The notes under the pieces: generated by a model | The model's database searches: none | What the model was told of the DNA's origin: nothing | Seen by the model: the letters and a program-made list of their open reading frames with translations, nothing else | Source of the DNA: Tetramitus jugosus | Taxonomy: Eukaryota; Protista; Heterolobosea | Assembly: GCA_937625935.1 (NCBI GenBank) | Contig: OW569373.1 | Coordinates: 409,357 to 473,356 of the forward strand | Length of the DNA: 64,000 nucleotides | Reading direction: 5' to 3' | Shown: positions 11,989 through 23,691 of the stretch, one piece after another | How positions within the stretch are numbered: position 1 is the stretch's first letter | Layout: each line of letters begins with the position of its first letter | Translations under genes and position numbers: made by a program

Positions 11989-13157
11989 ATGGTATGTGCA
12001 TCAATATAATTGAGGTGTGAACTGTGTTTAGTTCTCGATTGCCTTAATGCTGCATTTTATGTTTGAATCTATATAACTGTATCATCAACTGATTTCCTAA
12101 CAACAACAACAATGCTTTCATTTCTACTCTGACTTTCAACCCTATTTGCACACAACTCACCAATAATAATAGTCCAATTATTCTCCAAAGTCTCCAGTAG
12201 ACCCACGAAATTTCCCAAATTCTCCACAACAGCAGCAATACTCCTCTCCTATGGGTGGTAGTGCAGACAACAAGGACAACAACAACGTTGGTGGTAACAA
12301 CAATGAGCCAGTTCCTATTGACAAGACCAATTCCACGACTTTGTTTGTTGGTAACTTGCCATTCAACATGCGTGAGAATGAAATGGGAGACTTGTTTAGC
12401 AAGTTTGGAAAGATTAGACACGTCAAGGTTGGTATTGACAAGTACAGTGGAAAGAGCAGAGGTTATGGCTTTGTTGAATTTGAAGACAGAGTGGATGCTG
12501 AAGCTGCATTCAAAAAGTACAATGGTTATGATTTGATGGGCAGAGTGTTGCGTCTTGATTGGGACTTGGGTTTCGAAAAGAAGAGAGAAATGGGATACTC
12601 TGGTGAGCGTGGTGGTGATCGCGGTGGTGGTGACCGTGGCGGCAGAGGTGGCGGTGGCAGCAGAAGAGGCTTCGGAAGACCAATGTTCTCACGTGGAAGA
12701 AGATACTCTCCATATGGTGGTGCTGGTGGTGGTGGTGCCGGTGCTGGTGGTGGCAGAGGAAGAAGTCCTAGAAGATATTCCAGATCTCCTCCTCCAAGAA
12801 GACGCTACTCCAGATCTCCACCAAGAAGATATGAGAGAAATGAGAGAGGTTATGACAGATATGATAGATATGAAAGAAGACCACAATACAGTCCAAGAAG
12901 ACGTAGTCCAAGTCCACGTATGGGTGGTTCTCCTCCTCGCAGAGGTATGTTTCTTTAATGGATGATGAGTTGCGACAGTGAGCGCAAACAACACTTGATT
13001 CGAATGCTAACAATTTTTTTGTTTGTTTTTAGAGGCTTATCCAGGTGATCGCAGAAGCCCAGCCTACGATAGAAGATATTCCGGTTCTCCAGGATCACCT
13101 CCAAGAGGCGATGGACGCCGTGGTGGTTCTCCTCCAATGCAAGATATGAGACAATAG
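11989..13157 (+). CDS. SR/Tra2-like RRM splicing factor; exons 11989-11991 (ATG only), 12173-12944, 13033-13157
   Basis: RNP2 LFVGNL, RNP1 RGYGFVEF, RGG and RS/SP-rich tail; both GT-AG introns keep the frame. Confidence 0.88.
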
Positions 13158-14059
13158 TTTCATCATATGATCACGAAAAATTGTCGATTGAGTCATTGAT
13201 TTGTTGCGCAAAATGAAGTCTAGAGTCTGATCGCGTCACACATGATTGCTCGATGTGTGACCTCCTCGTTTGTATGCACAAGACTATTTCTGGCCGTTGA
13301 ACAAGACATCCGACAACAACAGGACAACAACATTGTTTATCAACAGCAATATTATACAACACACTGTACAATACAATTTAGAAGACCAGCAACAAAGGTA
13401 ATCAAGAGAATCAAGAAGTTGTGTGGGCATATGCAATGATATTTCATTTGACGAAGGCGATTCGTCATCTTGTGGTCCATTCGTTCGTGTTTAAGGGAGC
13501 TATTGAAGGCAAGAAGTTGTTTGCATGTCAGTCATTATTTCTGGTTGGCAAGTTGGCAAGAGGAAAAGGTTTTCGTGTGTTTCAAGGAGAGGTTTCTAAT
13601 TAGATTTTGAGTGTTAAGACTATTCGCCTGAAGAGAAGATTTAGTGTTTGTGGAATAAATATGATGAGATTGACAAAATGGGATGATGAGTGAAAAACAA
13701 GGAGTGGGTTGAAAATGGATTGTATGTAGCTTGTAGTGTCCGTATCTGTTGTGCTTGTGTTCGACATGTCATAACAAACACAGCTTGTTGGTATTGCACT
13801 TGTCTTTCGTGTGTTGCTGAATTGGTATGTATACATATGCTCATCCTTCAAACAACTTATTTCTTTTGTGCTGTAATAAAACCACTGGTAAATAAGGCTC
13901 CACTGTCGTCATAACATTTGGTGTTTTCTTTCTTGGATTTTCCCGGCACGATGCAAAAAAACAGTCCAGTCCACACTTGAAGTTCAAAATTGCGAACGCA
14001 CCAACATTAATTGTGGGCAAATTTCTTTCAGTCAACATACCCAGAAACCCACAAACAAC

Positions 14060-16021
14060 ATGAGCAACCTTTTACTGAAAGAAATTGAAGATTACTTCAA
14101 CGGTAAATATGGAGCTGGAGACAAGCCGCGTCTAGGACAAACCCAGGTAACTTTTGATGACCACGACAAAGCTTGCGACTTTTTGCAGAGGTTACGCCAA
14201 ATAGAACCTGTAACCAATGATGTAGCCGTCTTTATTGACTGCCTTACCTCTATTCAGACAATGACTCATCTTCATCTACCAAAACGTGCATCTCGAAACT
14301 TATTCGAAAAACACAAGGAAGCCTACAACTGTGTTTTATGTCACAGTGCAACACCTATTAGTGATAGCCATGTTATCTCCAAATGTCTCTTCAAACAACA
14401 TTGTTGGGGGTACAACAACGTACCATTTGCAGTTTCAGGATTGAAGGCTTCGTCTGGCGAGGATTCACTCTTTTGTGCTCCTCTGCTATGCAACAAGTGT
14501 GAGCAGCTGTTCAGTAGGTTTGAAGGACATGAAGATATAATTGCCAGAGACTTGAAGGAAAAGAAAGAGTGCACCTACGATTGGAAGTTTGTGAGTTTTG
14601 TTCTCTCTCTCAGTTTTAGAGCATTTTTTAGAAAGTCGTTGTTCGGGGGTGAAGAGTTGAAGTACTATCTGGAGGCATGGCGTTCTTTTCATCCTATGGT
14701 ATCACAACTTAGATCCGTGTTCAAATGGATGAGTACAAATATTAAGAGCTTCTCAGAAGCTCAACCAGATTTTACGCTGGAAGAGTGTGAAGGTATTGAT
14801 GAGTTTCTACCACTCTTTGTCATTGGTGCTCAACCATATGCGAGCCAACCAATATTTTCTGACGTACAAATTCTCAAAAAAGACATCAACTCAGCCGAAG
14901 GGGGGATTTGTACGTTTACACACACGAGATTCTTATCGTTTGCGGTTGCCTGGCCAAGGTTTACACATGGTTATATTATCCAAGAAGATGGTCTCCTGTA
15001 TCCTGATTGGTTCGGATATCAGAGAATTTTACCAAACGGTTGGAGGCACCAAAAATTGGGGTTGAAGTACGGATCACCGAATGTACTGAACAAGTTAGTT
15101 GTAGCTGATTCTGAGGCAAGTGAGAGTTCTAACCATTCAGATAAGATGTTAAGGTATGTTGAGAACTACAGTAGGACTCAAGCTCTCAAGATTGCCACAA
15201 CAATCACGCTTCCTACCAGGATTGGTTGCTTTTTCTTTTATGACCCGTGCAAATTGGAATTGCACATCAATAAGTACCAAACAGATATCGAGTGGAAGAC
15301 CGAGAAACAGCGCGCCTATGCAAATTTTACTGATATGAGCTACTGGCGTGTAGTTCAAATAGGAGTTAAGAACTTTATCCTCTTCCATATTTTTAATCCT
15401 CGACCAACGGCCATTCAAATTGAGTTATTCGAAATGAAAGGAGGCAGGCTCTACCATCACAACTACGGTCTTGTTGAATGGAGTCAAATAGATAAAATCT
15501 ACGGCTTAAGGGACTATCTCCTACGAGAAAGCAGATCTGAGAACTTACCAAAAGAGTTACCTGCAAGCTGGATGGAAAACATTCAAGCGCCAATAGAGGC
15601 AAATGAAATCGGTGACTACTTTAGCTATTTCAAATATCAATCACAAATGGGTGATACAAGCTTCAAAATGGGTGAATACTGCCTTGCACTTGTGTGTTTC
15701 AAGAGGGCGTTGTTAGCACTAGAAGCAATCGAATGTTCAAACCTTCAAATGGTTCGCTACTTTAAGCTACTGACGTATACCCAGTTACACGGGGCCGTAG
15801 ACAAACACCACATGTTGTTTGGTGACAAATTTATGTCATACCTGCCTGATGAGAGTAGCACTGCGGTCGATTTATCATGCAGACATTGTCAAAAACAACA
15901 TACCAGTAATTTTCCACTCAAGAGATGCATGGCATGCAAGAACGTGCTTTATTGCACTAGCAATTGCCAGAGAGATGATTGGCCGAGACACAAGACTGAG
16001 TGCGCTCAGCTGAAGAGGTAA
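14060..16021 (+). CDS. Protein with N-terminal HNH-like zinc/nuclease motif and C-terminal TPR-like helix plus MYND zinc finger
   Basis: CVLC...SHVISKCLF...LLCNKCEQLFSRFE; C-terminal CRHC..LKRCMACKNVLYCTSNCQRDDWPRHKTEC. Confidence 0.75.
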   Translation: MSNLLLKEIEDYFNGKYGAGDKPRLGQTQVTFDDHDKACDFLQRLRQIEPVTNDVAVFIDCLTSIQTMTHLHLPKRASRNLFEKHKEAYNCVLCHSATPISDSHVISKCLFKQHCWGYNNVPFAVSGLKASSGEDSLFCAPLLCNKCEQLFSRFEGHEDIIARDLKEKKECTYDWKFVSFVLSLSFRAFFRKSLFGGEELKYYLEAWRSFHPMVSQLRSVFKWMSTNIKSFSEAQPDFTLEECEGIDEFLPLFVIGAQPYASQPIFSDVQILKKDINSAEGGICTFTHTRFLSFAVAWPRFTHGYIIQEDGLLYPDWFGYQRILPNGWRHQKLGLKYGSPNVLNKLVVADSEASESSNHSDKMLRYVENYSRTQALKIATTITLPTRIGCFFFYDPCKLELHINKYQTDIEWKTEKQRAYANFTDMSYWRVVQIGVKNFILFHIFNPRPTAIQIELFEMKGGRLYHHNYGLVEWSQIDKIYGLRDYLLRESRSENLPKELPASWMENIQAPIEANEIGDYFSYFKYQSQMGDTSFKMGEYCLALVCFKRALLALEAIECSNLQMVRYFKLLTYTQLHGAVDKHHMLFGDKFMSYLPDESSTAVDLSCRHCQKQHTSNFPLKRCMACKNVLYCTSNCQRDDWPRHKTECAQLKR

Positions 16022-16084
16022 TTTGGTCAACTTTGTTTGACTTGATGTTCTTCATGATTGCTCTCACATATTCAGATACTGTTT

Positions 16085-17703
16085 TCATTCACCAGGAGTT
16101 TGCCCAATACAAATTGAAATGTCGCAAAAATTGCCCATTGACAAAACTTTCAGTAAATTCCTCGAGAACTCTTGAGACTTCATTTTGCTTCTGACGAAGT
16201 AAAGCACAGAATGTTGTTGACCACATGCAACTCTCATCTCCAAATCACGAGACATATTCATCTTGTTTTCAACAAACGATAATTTAAAAATACAAGCCCT
16301 TTGAAGTGTCACTGCTTGAGGAAGACTGAAAAATAATTGATCTGATTTTAAAAGGTCAGTGAACAACTCGTTGGTTATTGTGTCCCAATGAAATCATAAA
16401 ATATGTACATACTCACAGAATTGTATCCGCATGCAATAATTCTGTTGTCATCTGTCGTGCAGATTGAATGCCACGATCCGGCAGCAATTGTTTGAATACG
16501 ACTCGGTGGGTCCTTCATGACTGAATCAACAGAATCTGGAAATATTATACTCTTTCTATCCAGTGCATCCCGACTCGAAGTCATACCTACCAACTTTTGA
16601 ATAAGTGGTGATTCTCTAACCGACTGACATCGACGTTCTGCCTTCGGCTCCTGACCACACTCACCGTGGAAATTATTACCACAGAATAGAACTCTCTTCT
16701 GATAATCGAGAAACATGGTGTGATTATTACCACATTTCACATCTTCAATAAACGAATCATGCTGTATCTTGATCATATGTGGTACATGTTTGGTTCGATT
16801 TCTCTCGAGTGTCTGCTCCAATCCCAACTGACACGAGTCATTCATTCCAATTCCATAACACTGACCTGTCACAGTCAAAAATATTGTGTGACTATAACCG
16901 AGAGCAATACTCTTGATTGCATGAGGTATTGAACTGAGATACTCAAATCGCGTAAACTCCATTAGATACTGCGGTTGACGAGAGAGAGACGTATCGGATT
17001 CATCACTAATCTCACCCAGATTGCCACCTCGACTACATCCAGCGAACCACACGGACCCATCAGCACACAGAACAGCAGATGCCTGTGGTCCACAAAACAC
17101 ATTGACAACCACTGGAAAATCATCGTGATTCAACTGTGGATGAACAATGGGTCGATCCACTGATGCTGGCGATCCCAAACCAGAACTATGCTGTCCCTGA
17201 ACGCCCATTGTCAAAATAACAGGTTTACTTTGACGATCTCCCATGGAAACAGATGAACCATAGTACTCATTCTTTGCTTGACAAACGAAAAAGACATGAT
17301 TCTCTCCACATGCGACATCATGAACAAAGTACGTTTCATTCAATTCTTCGAGACCGAGTTGTGAGATGGCATTTGGTGGAATTGCACTATTGGACACGGT
17401 GACTATCCTTACCACATGTTCACCACTACCATATACTTGACCATTCTCACACAAGTACCAGGTCCTCGAGTTACCACAGACAATTTTTTTGATGGGTGCG
17501 GGCAATTGTGTGGAGGTTGTTGTGCTATCGTTGTTCACCTTGCTACTCTCGTAGGCAGTGTTCAAGATGTTATCATCATAGTACAGCTTTGTCATTGGTT
17601 GATCTCCTTGTTTTTTTCTCGTGTTCGCTCTCTGGCCAGATTTTTTTTTGTGCACGAGCGGAGAAAACTGTTCGCAAGGATCTGGAACTTGAGAAAAATA
17701 CAA
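16085..17703 (-). CDS. RCC1-repeat beta-propeller protein; last exon 16085-16366, 5' end uncertain
   Basis: Repeats IVCGNSRT, VACGENH, IALGYSHT, VKCGNNHT, IAAGSWHS, VACGQQHS; GTGAGT donor at 16416. Confidence 0.85.
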
Positions 17704-18899
17704 AGCAAGAAAATCAGATCTCTGGAAGCAATCCCACTAATTCCTACCATGTTCACAAGTTTCGACAGAACCTTAGAAAATTACTAAAACTCTTTCAAGG
17801 TTGTGTTGTCAAAGAGGAATGAACAGAAATGATGCCAAAGTTATCCATGTTTCACCAGTATTGTTACCTCACCCAAGCCATTACACATAATTTCAGTCGA
17901 ATACTTAATCGATCGTAACTTCGATCCTGATTGTTAGTCTGTAATAAACATTCCTCCATACTGTATCGTGCGATCGATTAAGTATTGGCTTCATTCTATA
18001 TAGAACATTGAAAAGGTCCAGATATTACGAAGTATTTTCCCACTACTCCCTCAAATGAATAGATTTTCAAGTAGAAAAGCCTATTCAACGATAATAAGTA
18101 GACCTACAATGAATTAGATTCTTTGACTCTCCACACATGGAGGTAGTTCTAAAATGCTATAAAAGAACATACTTTGATTCACACACTATCAATATCAGGT
18201 GAGTTCATTAATGGTTATTGGGCATCAAAACTCTCATAGAAAGAAACATTGAAGATGACATTCTCCCTCTTTTCTCTCGAGAATTTGTATGAACAGGCTT
18301 CTTTTCCGTCGAAAGAGAATCTTTCACATAGCATACAAGAGAATGATTGCTCAACTGAAGAGAAACTGGCTTCAATTTACCTGTCCAAAACTTCGTTTGC
18401 ATCGAATCACCATATCCTTTATCTTATTCTCTCCACTCATAGGTTTCATCACCATGACCAAAAGTTTTGTCACGCTTCTTGAGCACACTGGAAACATTCT
18501 CAGGTCCCAATAGCTTCTTAATGTCGTCCACTGACATGTTTTCATGCCATGGACGACCACCTTTCTTGTGTAATCAATACTGCGCTTGGGATCTTGTCAG
18601 TCCTCCTCTCTTTGTCACAGAATTCAACAAACTTATAGATACGGTCACCTTGGCCATCACACATGCAACAAAATATTGGTATTATTGTTTACCAGTTTTC
18701 CTTTACTAGTTAGTTGTGCACCTACCATTGCACCACTGTTGATTATCAACTTGTACAGTCACATTGAGCTCTATTTCGCAGATAAATCGTTTGAAATTCA
18801 GACAGGATCTGTGTTTAGATGTAAGAGATAGCCGGGCTTTTCTGCGTACGCAGTTTTTTTTTAATTCAACAAATGGTGCTCACGCACCACGTTGCGGAA

Positions 18900-21050
18900 C
18901 TTTTATTTTTCTTTTGCGTGAGACCTGGCTTGCCTGCTCTCAATTGCCTAACATGATGTGGAGCTTGCCCAGTGGAGTGGCAGGATTCATTCGCTTCTTG
19001 GAATGTTGTTTTAATCCCTTCATGACTTTCTCACACCTTCCCTTCCAAAGATCTCTGTAGCCTTTGTGCTTAGGACCTTAGTAATAGTAACACATTGTTC
19101 ATTCGTGTCGTCCATCCGTTCCACTCGGTGCCTTGACAAATCATCAAGCACTTGTGTTGCATAGGTTATCCACCGTTTGTCGTTCTTGTTCTTCGGGAAT
19201 AGGAGGTTAGGTCGTTCTACCTCCACTTCTTCCTGATGTACAATTTCCACTGATACCCGAGTTGAGATATGGTCACTTATTGCGCCATTACAAACTATAG
19301 GCTCCACGTTGCCGATCAAAGTCAGCGCAGCTCTGTTCGCCCATGTGGAATCAATGCGGGAGACATTGTTCTATTATAGTAGGTGTGAAACCTATGTACG
19401 CCCAGTGCTTGGTTGATGTCATGCATATTGCAGCTGCTGACCATAGTATTCAATGAATTAGTGTTTGGGTCCTTTCTCTTCGACGTCCTATCTTCCTCTG
19501 ATACCACCGCATTATGGTCACCACCAAATAAAACTTTGCCAGCGACGGATACTCTGCACAGGATCAGGCTGATGCTCTCATAATGCTCTTTGTTTGCTTT
19601 ATGTGGACCGTAGTGGTTCCCTATCGTGAGTGTTTCGTTGCCACATATCACTGTGACTACTTGTAAACGGTCATCACTGTAAACAATCACATGACTTGAT
19701 ACCTACCTTGTGTTGATAATTGTTGCAACATACTTGCTAGGGAATTCGCAGAGGAGTATGCAGTCTATAGCTGCAAGTTGTTTCGTCAGCTTTGTCAGCT
19801 GATCCTGGTGTAAAATTCTTGTTTCTTGCAACAAGAGAATGTCCACATTCCCTTGCTTCAACATATTAATAATGTCAACGACCTTACCAGGTAGACCGTT
19901 GACATTGTACCAGACAACTCCTAACATAATGTAGAGTCGCCTCTTGGGGCTCTCGTTAAAGAGGCGTCCCTCTGTCGAATCGTTGGTAAGCGAGCAGGGG
20001 TATTGATCAATTGCCTTTAACCTCTCATTCATCTCATCCAGTTGAGAGCTTGCGCACCTTTTACCCCTCTTAACTGGTGTGTCTTGATTGTTCAGACATA
20101 TTTCTGCCAATTCATGGAATGCAGATGTGCTTGTTATAGCGCTAGTGCTCTTGCTGCGGCTACACTGCGGATATAGTGCCTGCTCGTCCTGCATCACTTC
20201 ATTACTCTGTGGTTGCAATGTGGATTCCCAGTTGCTTGCTTCGTCTTCCTGTCGAGGCTGAGTGTCGTCACTGCGTCTTGATTCTTCATTAGTTCGTCTA
20301 AGAGGTGTTCTCTTCGTCTTTCTCTTGGTCTTCGCTTGCAGGTTCTTAATGTCTTAGAGTTTTCATCATTTGCTCCATTTGAGCAACCTTTCTACTGAGT
20401 GCTTCGACCATCAGGATTAACTCCTTTCTAGTACTCTCTATCCTTTTGTAAACAGTGTAAAGTTACACATGAGGTTCCACTTTGTGTTCCATGTATTTGC
20501 TTACCTTCATTGACAACGAGGAATCTCCAACTACCGCTTGAGCATATGTTTATGACTTCATTGTCACAAACGCTGTGCTGTTTGTTAATACCACTTGCTG
20601 CACTTTGTCAGCACCGACCAGTGCTGAAACCTCTTCCTCTTTTTTGCCTTCTACCCCATACATGACAAGCTTTTTGTCGTTGTCAAGTCCTCTCTTGATA
20701 AATGCCTTGGCATTTTTCACACACTTTCTTGCATTGAAATGAGCCACAAACTCATATATTTCATCCTTCTTGATGTTGAGCCATGCAATGAACTCATTCT
20801 TCTCCCATTTGATTACCTGTACCCTTGTCACCCACGGGGCACACTTGCTTGCAATGTGTCTCGCTACCTCCCATGCAGACCCCTGTTGGTCGTTGCCCTT
20901 GATTACTACTTCACGGCGGTTGACTGAACCACCTTTTGGAAGTGTTGTCCACACTGCATGCCTGTTTTTGACATACTCACGTACCTCCATTGGAGAGGAT
21001 GGAATTTCCGTTTGTTTGCATTCGTTTTTTTTGAAATATTTCAAAAAAAT
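18900..21050 (-). mobile_element. Degenerate non-LTR retrotransposon (ORF1 plus APE endonuclease of ORF2); no RT motifs recognised, 3' limit uncertain
   Basis: APE motifs WYNVNGL, DILLLQETR, IGNHYGP, GGDHNAVV, HTYY, SDH spread over frameshifted ORFs 19020-20218; ORF1-like 20550-21020. Confidence 0.8.
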
Positions 21051-21102
21051 TAAGCCTTTCTGCATATTCCAAATAAGGAAATTGGTGAACATAACAATAT
21101 GA

Positions 21103-21176
21103 GCGGTTGTAGATCAGTTGGTTAGATCGTGAGCTTAACACGCTCAAGGTCGCCGGTTCGATCCCGGTCAATCGTA
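21103..21176 (+). tRNA. tRNA-Val(AAC)
   Basis: Acceptor GCGGTTG/CAATCGT, D arm GATC..GATC, anticodon arm TGAGC-TTAACAC-GCTCA, GGTTCGATCCC, T-run terminator. Confidence 0.93.
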
Positions 21177-22153
21177 GCTTTTTCCTTGATGGGAACACTC
21201 CTCCAAAAAAGTTTTCAGTTTTTGTAATAATGCAAGGAATCTTTGTTCCAACTTCACAATTTTCTTGTTCTGTTCATCGATGAATCGCCTCCAAAATGGC
21301 ATCCAATTTCATTTCAAGATCAGAATTCGACGGACCAAATCCCGTTAATCCAAATGAGTAGTTCTGAATATCAGACAACACACTGTCGTGTAAAACTGAT
21401 CTCAGACTTGTTCCTTTTCGCAGCGTATTCTTCTTTCGGTTCTTCTGCTTCCTTTCTTTCTTTTCTTTTCTGTAATGCACTATCGGGAATGCTTGATGAC
21501 TTACTGTTTTTTTGGGGTGTGTCATCTTCCTCGAGCTCATTTTCCTTTTCCTGCAATATGGGCTGCACTTTGGTGAGAAAGAGCTTCTCAAACTCAGCTT
21601 TTGAAACCTTGTCTCTTGATCCGAGTAATTTTCAGATCGAAATTTCCCTCTCAGGTTGAGCTCGCTTCGATTCCTTGAGGTTGGTGAATTTCGCTTTCTT
21701 CGCTGGACATTTTTCCCAAAGACAAGTTGCATCACAATTGATTGGCTTTTTTGGACAAACCAGCTTATGTCCAACTGAAAAATGTTTATGGCATCACCAA
21801 CATCACTTTGTTCGCCATCAAAAGTATGATTATTTACTTGTTGTATTGATGATGGACTCCGTTGTTGTTGTGTCGATGCTTGTAATACTGGAGTAGTGGA
21901 TAATATGTGCTAATTATCATCCAAATGGTCACGGTGGGCACTGGTATCGAAAACTGACAGATATCAAAGGTTAGCAGTCCTGATTAGTTTCTCTCCATTG
22001 AAGGACTCATCAAATTTACCGGTAGATATTATATGCACTTCTATGTGTACTTCGTACAGAACAATCCTAACACAGAATTTTTACGACTACTGGTGAACAT
22101 CAACAAAGAAGTCCACGAAAATAAGTTAACACCTCAGAAAGTTGTGAAACACT

Positions 22154-22330
22154 TTGGTAACCAGTTCGATGTGGCATGTCTTTGTCATAGATAACTACTA
22201 TGGTAGTCTTGGTCTTGCACAAGAGATGTATGAAGAGGGCAGATACTTTTTGATGTCATGCAAGTCTGATCGTCCATCAGATACCTTCAAGAACTTTGGG
22301 ATGCAGGGAGTGGACAAGTTTGATTATGCT
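22154..22330 (+). mobile_element. piggyBac-like transposase fragment
   Basis: HVFVIDNYYGSLGLAQEMYEEGRYFLMSCKSDR matches the piggyBac DN(Y/W)(Y/F)xS catalytic region. Confidence 0.6.
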
Positions 22331-22414
22331 GTAATTTCAAGTTATTCAGCTGTAATCGACATCCCACCCGACGGATTATCGGCATCCTACAACTCATCAA
22401 TTCGAAACAAATAG

Positions 22415-22720
22415 ATACAAACGAAAGAAATCATTCCATCCTCTCGGGGTGCGCGAGTATGTCAAGAACAGGCATGTGATATGGACTTAACTTCCCACAG
22501 AAGTGAATTATGCAATTCTATACGAATATTCTAGACGATATCTAGTTACGATTATCACCGTTTTCGACTAAAACTAAGTCAAAGACACAATGAGCAATAT
22601 TGTATCATCTGATAATATTCTGTAAGGGGGTGATCATAATGCAGTGGTTGTTAAAGATTATAGAACATTGGGTGGTAAATATCCGAATACGAATGTAAGT
22701 TGCAATATGAAGATTATCAA
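22415..22720 (+). mobile_element. Second, internally deleted copy of the same LINE family, in opposite orientation
   Basis: GAGTATGTCAAGAACAGGCATG matches ORF1 (REYVKNRH) of the first copy; GGDHNAVVVKDYRT..PNTN at ~22625-22695 matches its APE domain (GGDHNAVVSEEDRT..PNTN). Confidence 0.7.
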
Positions 22721-23174
22721 CCAGGATTGTGTAAGTTCCACACCTACTTCCTGTTCCTGGAGAGTTGTAAAATATTTAGCCTTTCTAAGATGGAAATGAA
22801 CAATTCATAAAAACTATTTCAGTTAGCAAAAGGTAAATCGAGGATTGCACAGAGGGTTTATTGAAAAGGTTTTGGATCGGTGGGTCACTCATCTTTGTTT
22901 TTGTGGTTAAGAAACCTTCCGACGATGCATATGATTGCAAAATGCACCAAGGATAAGGTAAAGGGGCGGTGTGTTTCGTTGCTCCACATGCAAGGCTGGA
23001 GTATTTTTGTCGAACATACAAACTCTGGTGCGCCTTGAATGTGCCTATCGTTTTCATCATAAATTATTGGATGTGAGACACAATAGTCAGCAAATTACCT
23101 TTGAGAAAATGTGTGTTTATGAAAAAATGTGACGGACCATTTACAATCTCCTGAATAAATTTTACTATGATAAT

Positions 23175-23290
23175 GCATCGTGATCTGGAGAAGTCATGAG
23201 AGTTGCATGTGGTGGCAACATTCAGTTCTTTATTTCGTCAGAAGCAAAATGAATCTCTAGAATTCCCGAGGAATCTACTGTGTTGTCAAT
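23175..23290 (+). pseudogene. Inverted, decayed copy of the last exon of the RCC1 gene; continues at 25884-25945 beyond the transposon
   Basis: ATGAGAGTTGCATGTGGT...TTCGTCAGAAGCAAAATGAA...GAGGAAT..ACTG..TTGTCAAT matches the reverse complement of 16130-16250. Confidence 0.8.
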
Positions 23291-23691
23291 AGGTCCTTTA
23301 TTCGCGAGAATGCTTGTTCTTCTTTGGTCTTCCTTTTGTTGGAATCCCCACAAAGAAATGAAAAAAAAGTATCTTATTCGCTCAACAATTTATTTTTGAA
23401 GGTTCAAAAACCACATTGCATTTTTTTTTTTTTTTTTACTATGATGAGGATCAGAATGGTGAGGTGGAATATCAGCCACAGTGGTGAGTACTCTCTCATG
23501 ACCAATATGATTGTATGACGCAAATGTACCGACTGTGCTGTGCTGGAACTAGTGAGTGACCGTAGGAGCGGGCTCTGGCACGGCTTAAATATCGACCCTT
23601 GCACTTACTCGTAGATCCAGCACAGCCGATTCACAAATGCACATTCAATCATCCAGTGTCATCTGTACAGTGCACCACAAAAACCTCAAGG

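Noticed and set aside
12945-13032. Intronic C/D snoRNA (GATGATGA)
   Set aside because: No D box (CTGA) or terminal stem within the intron
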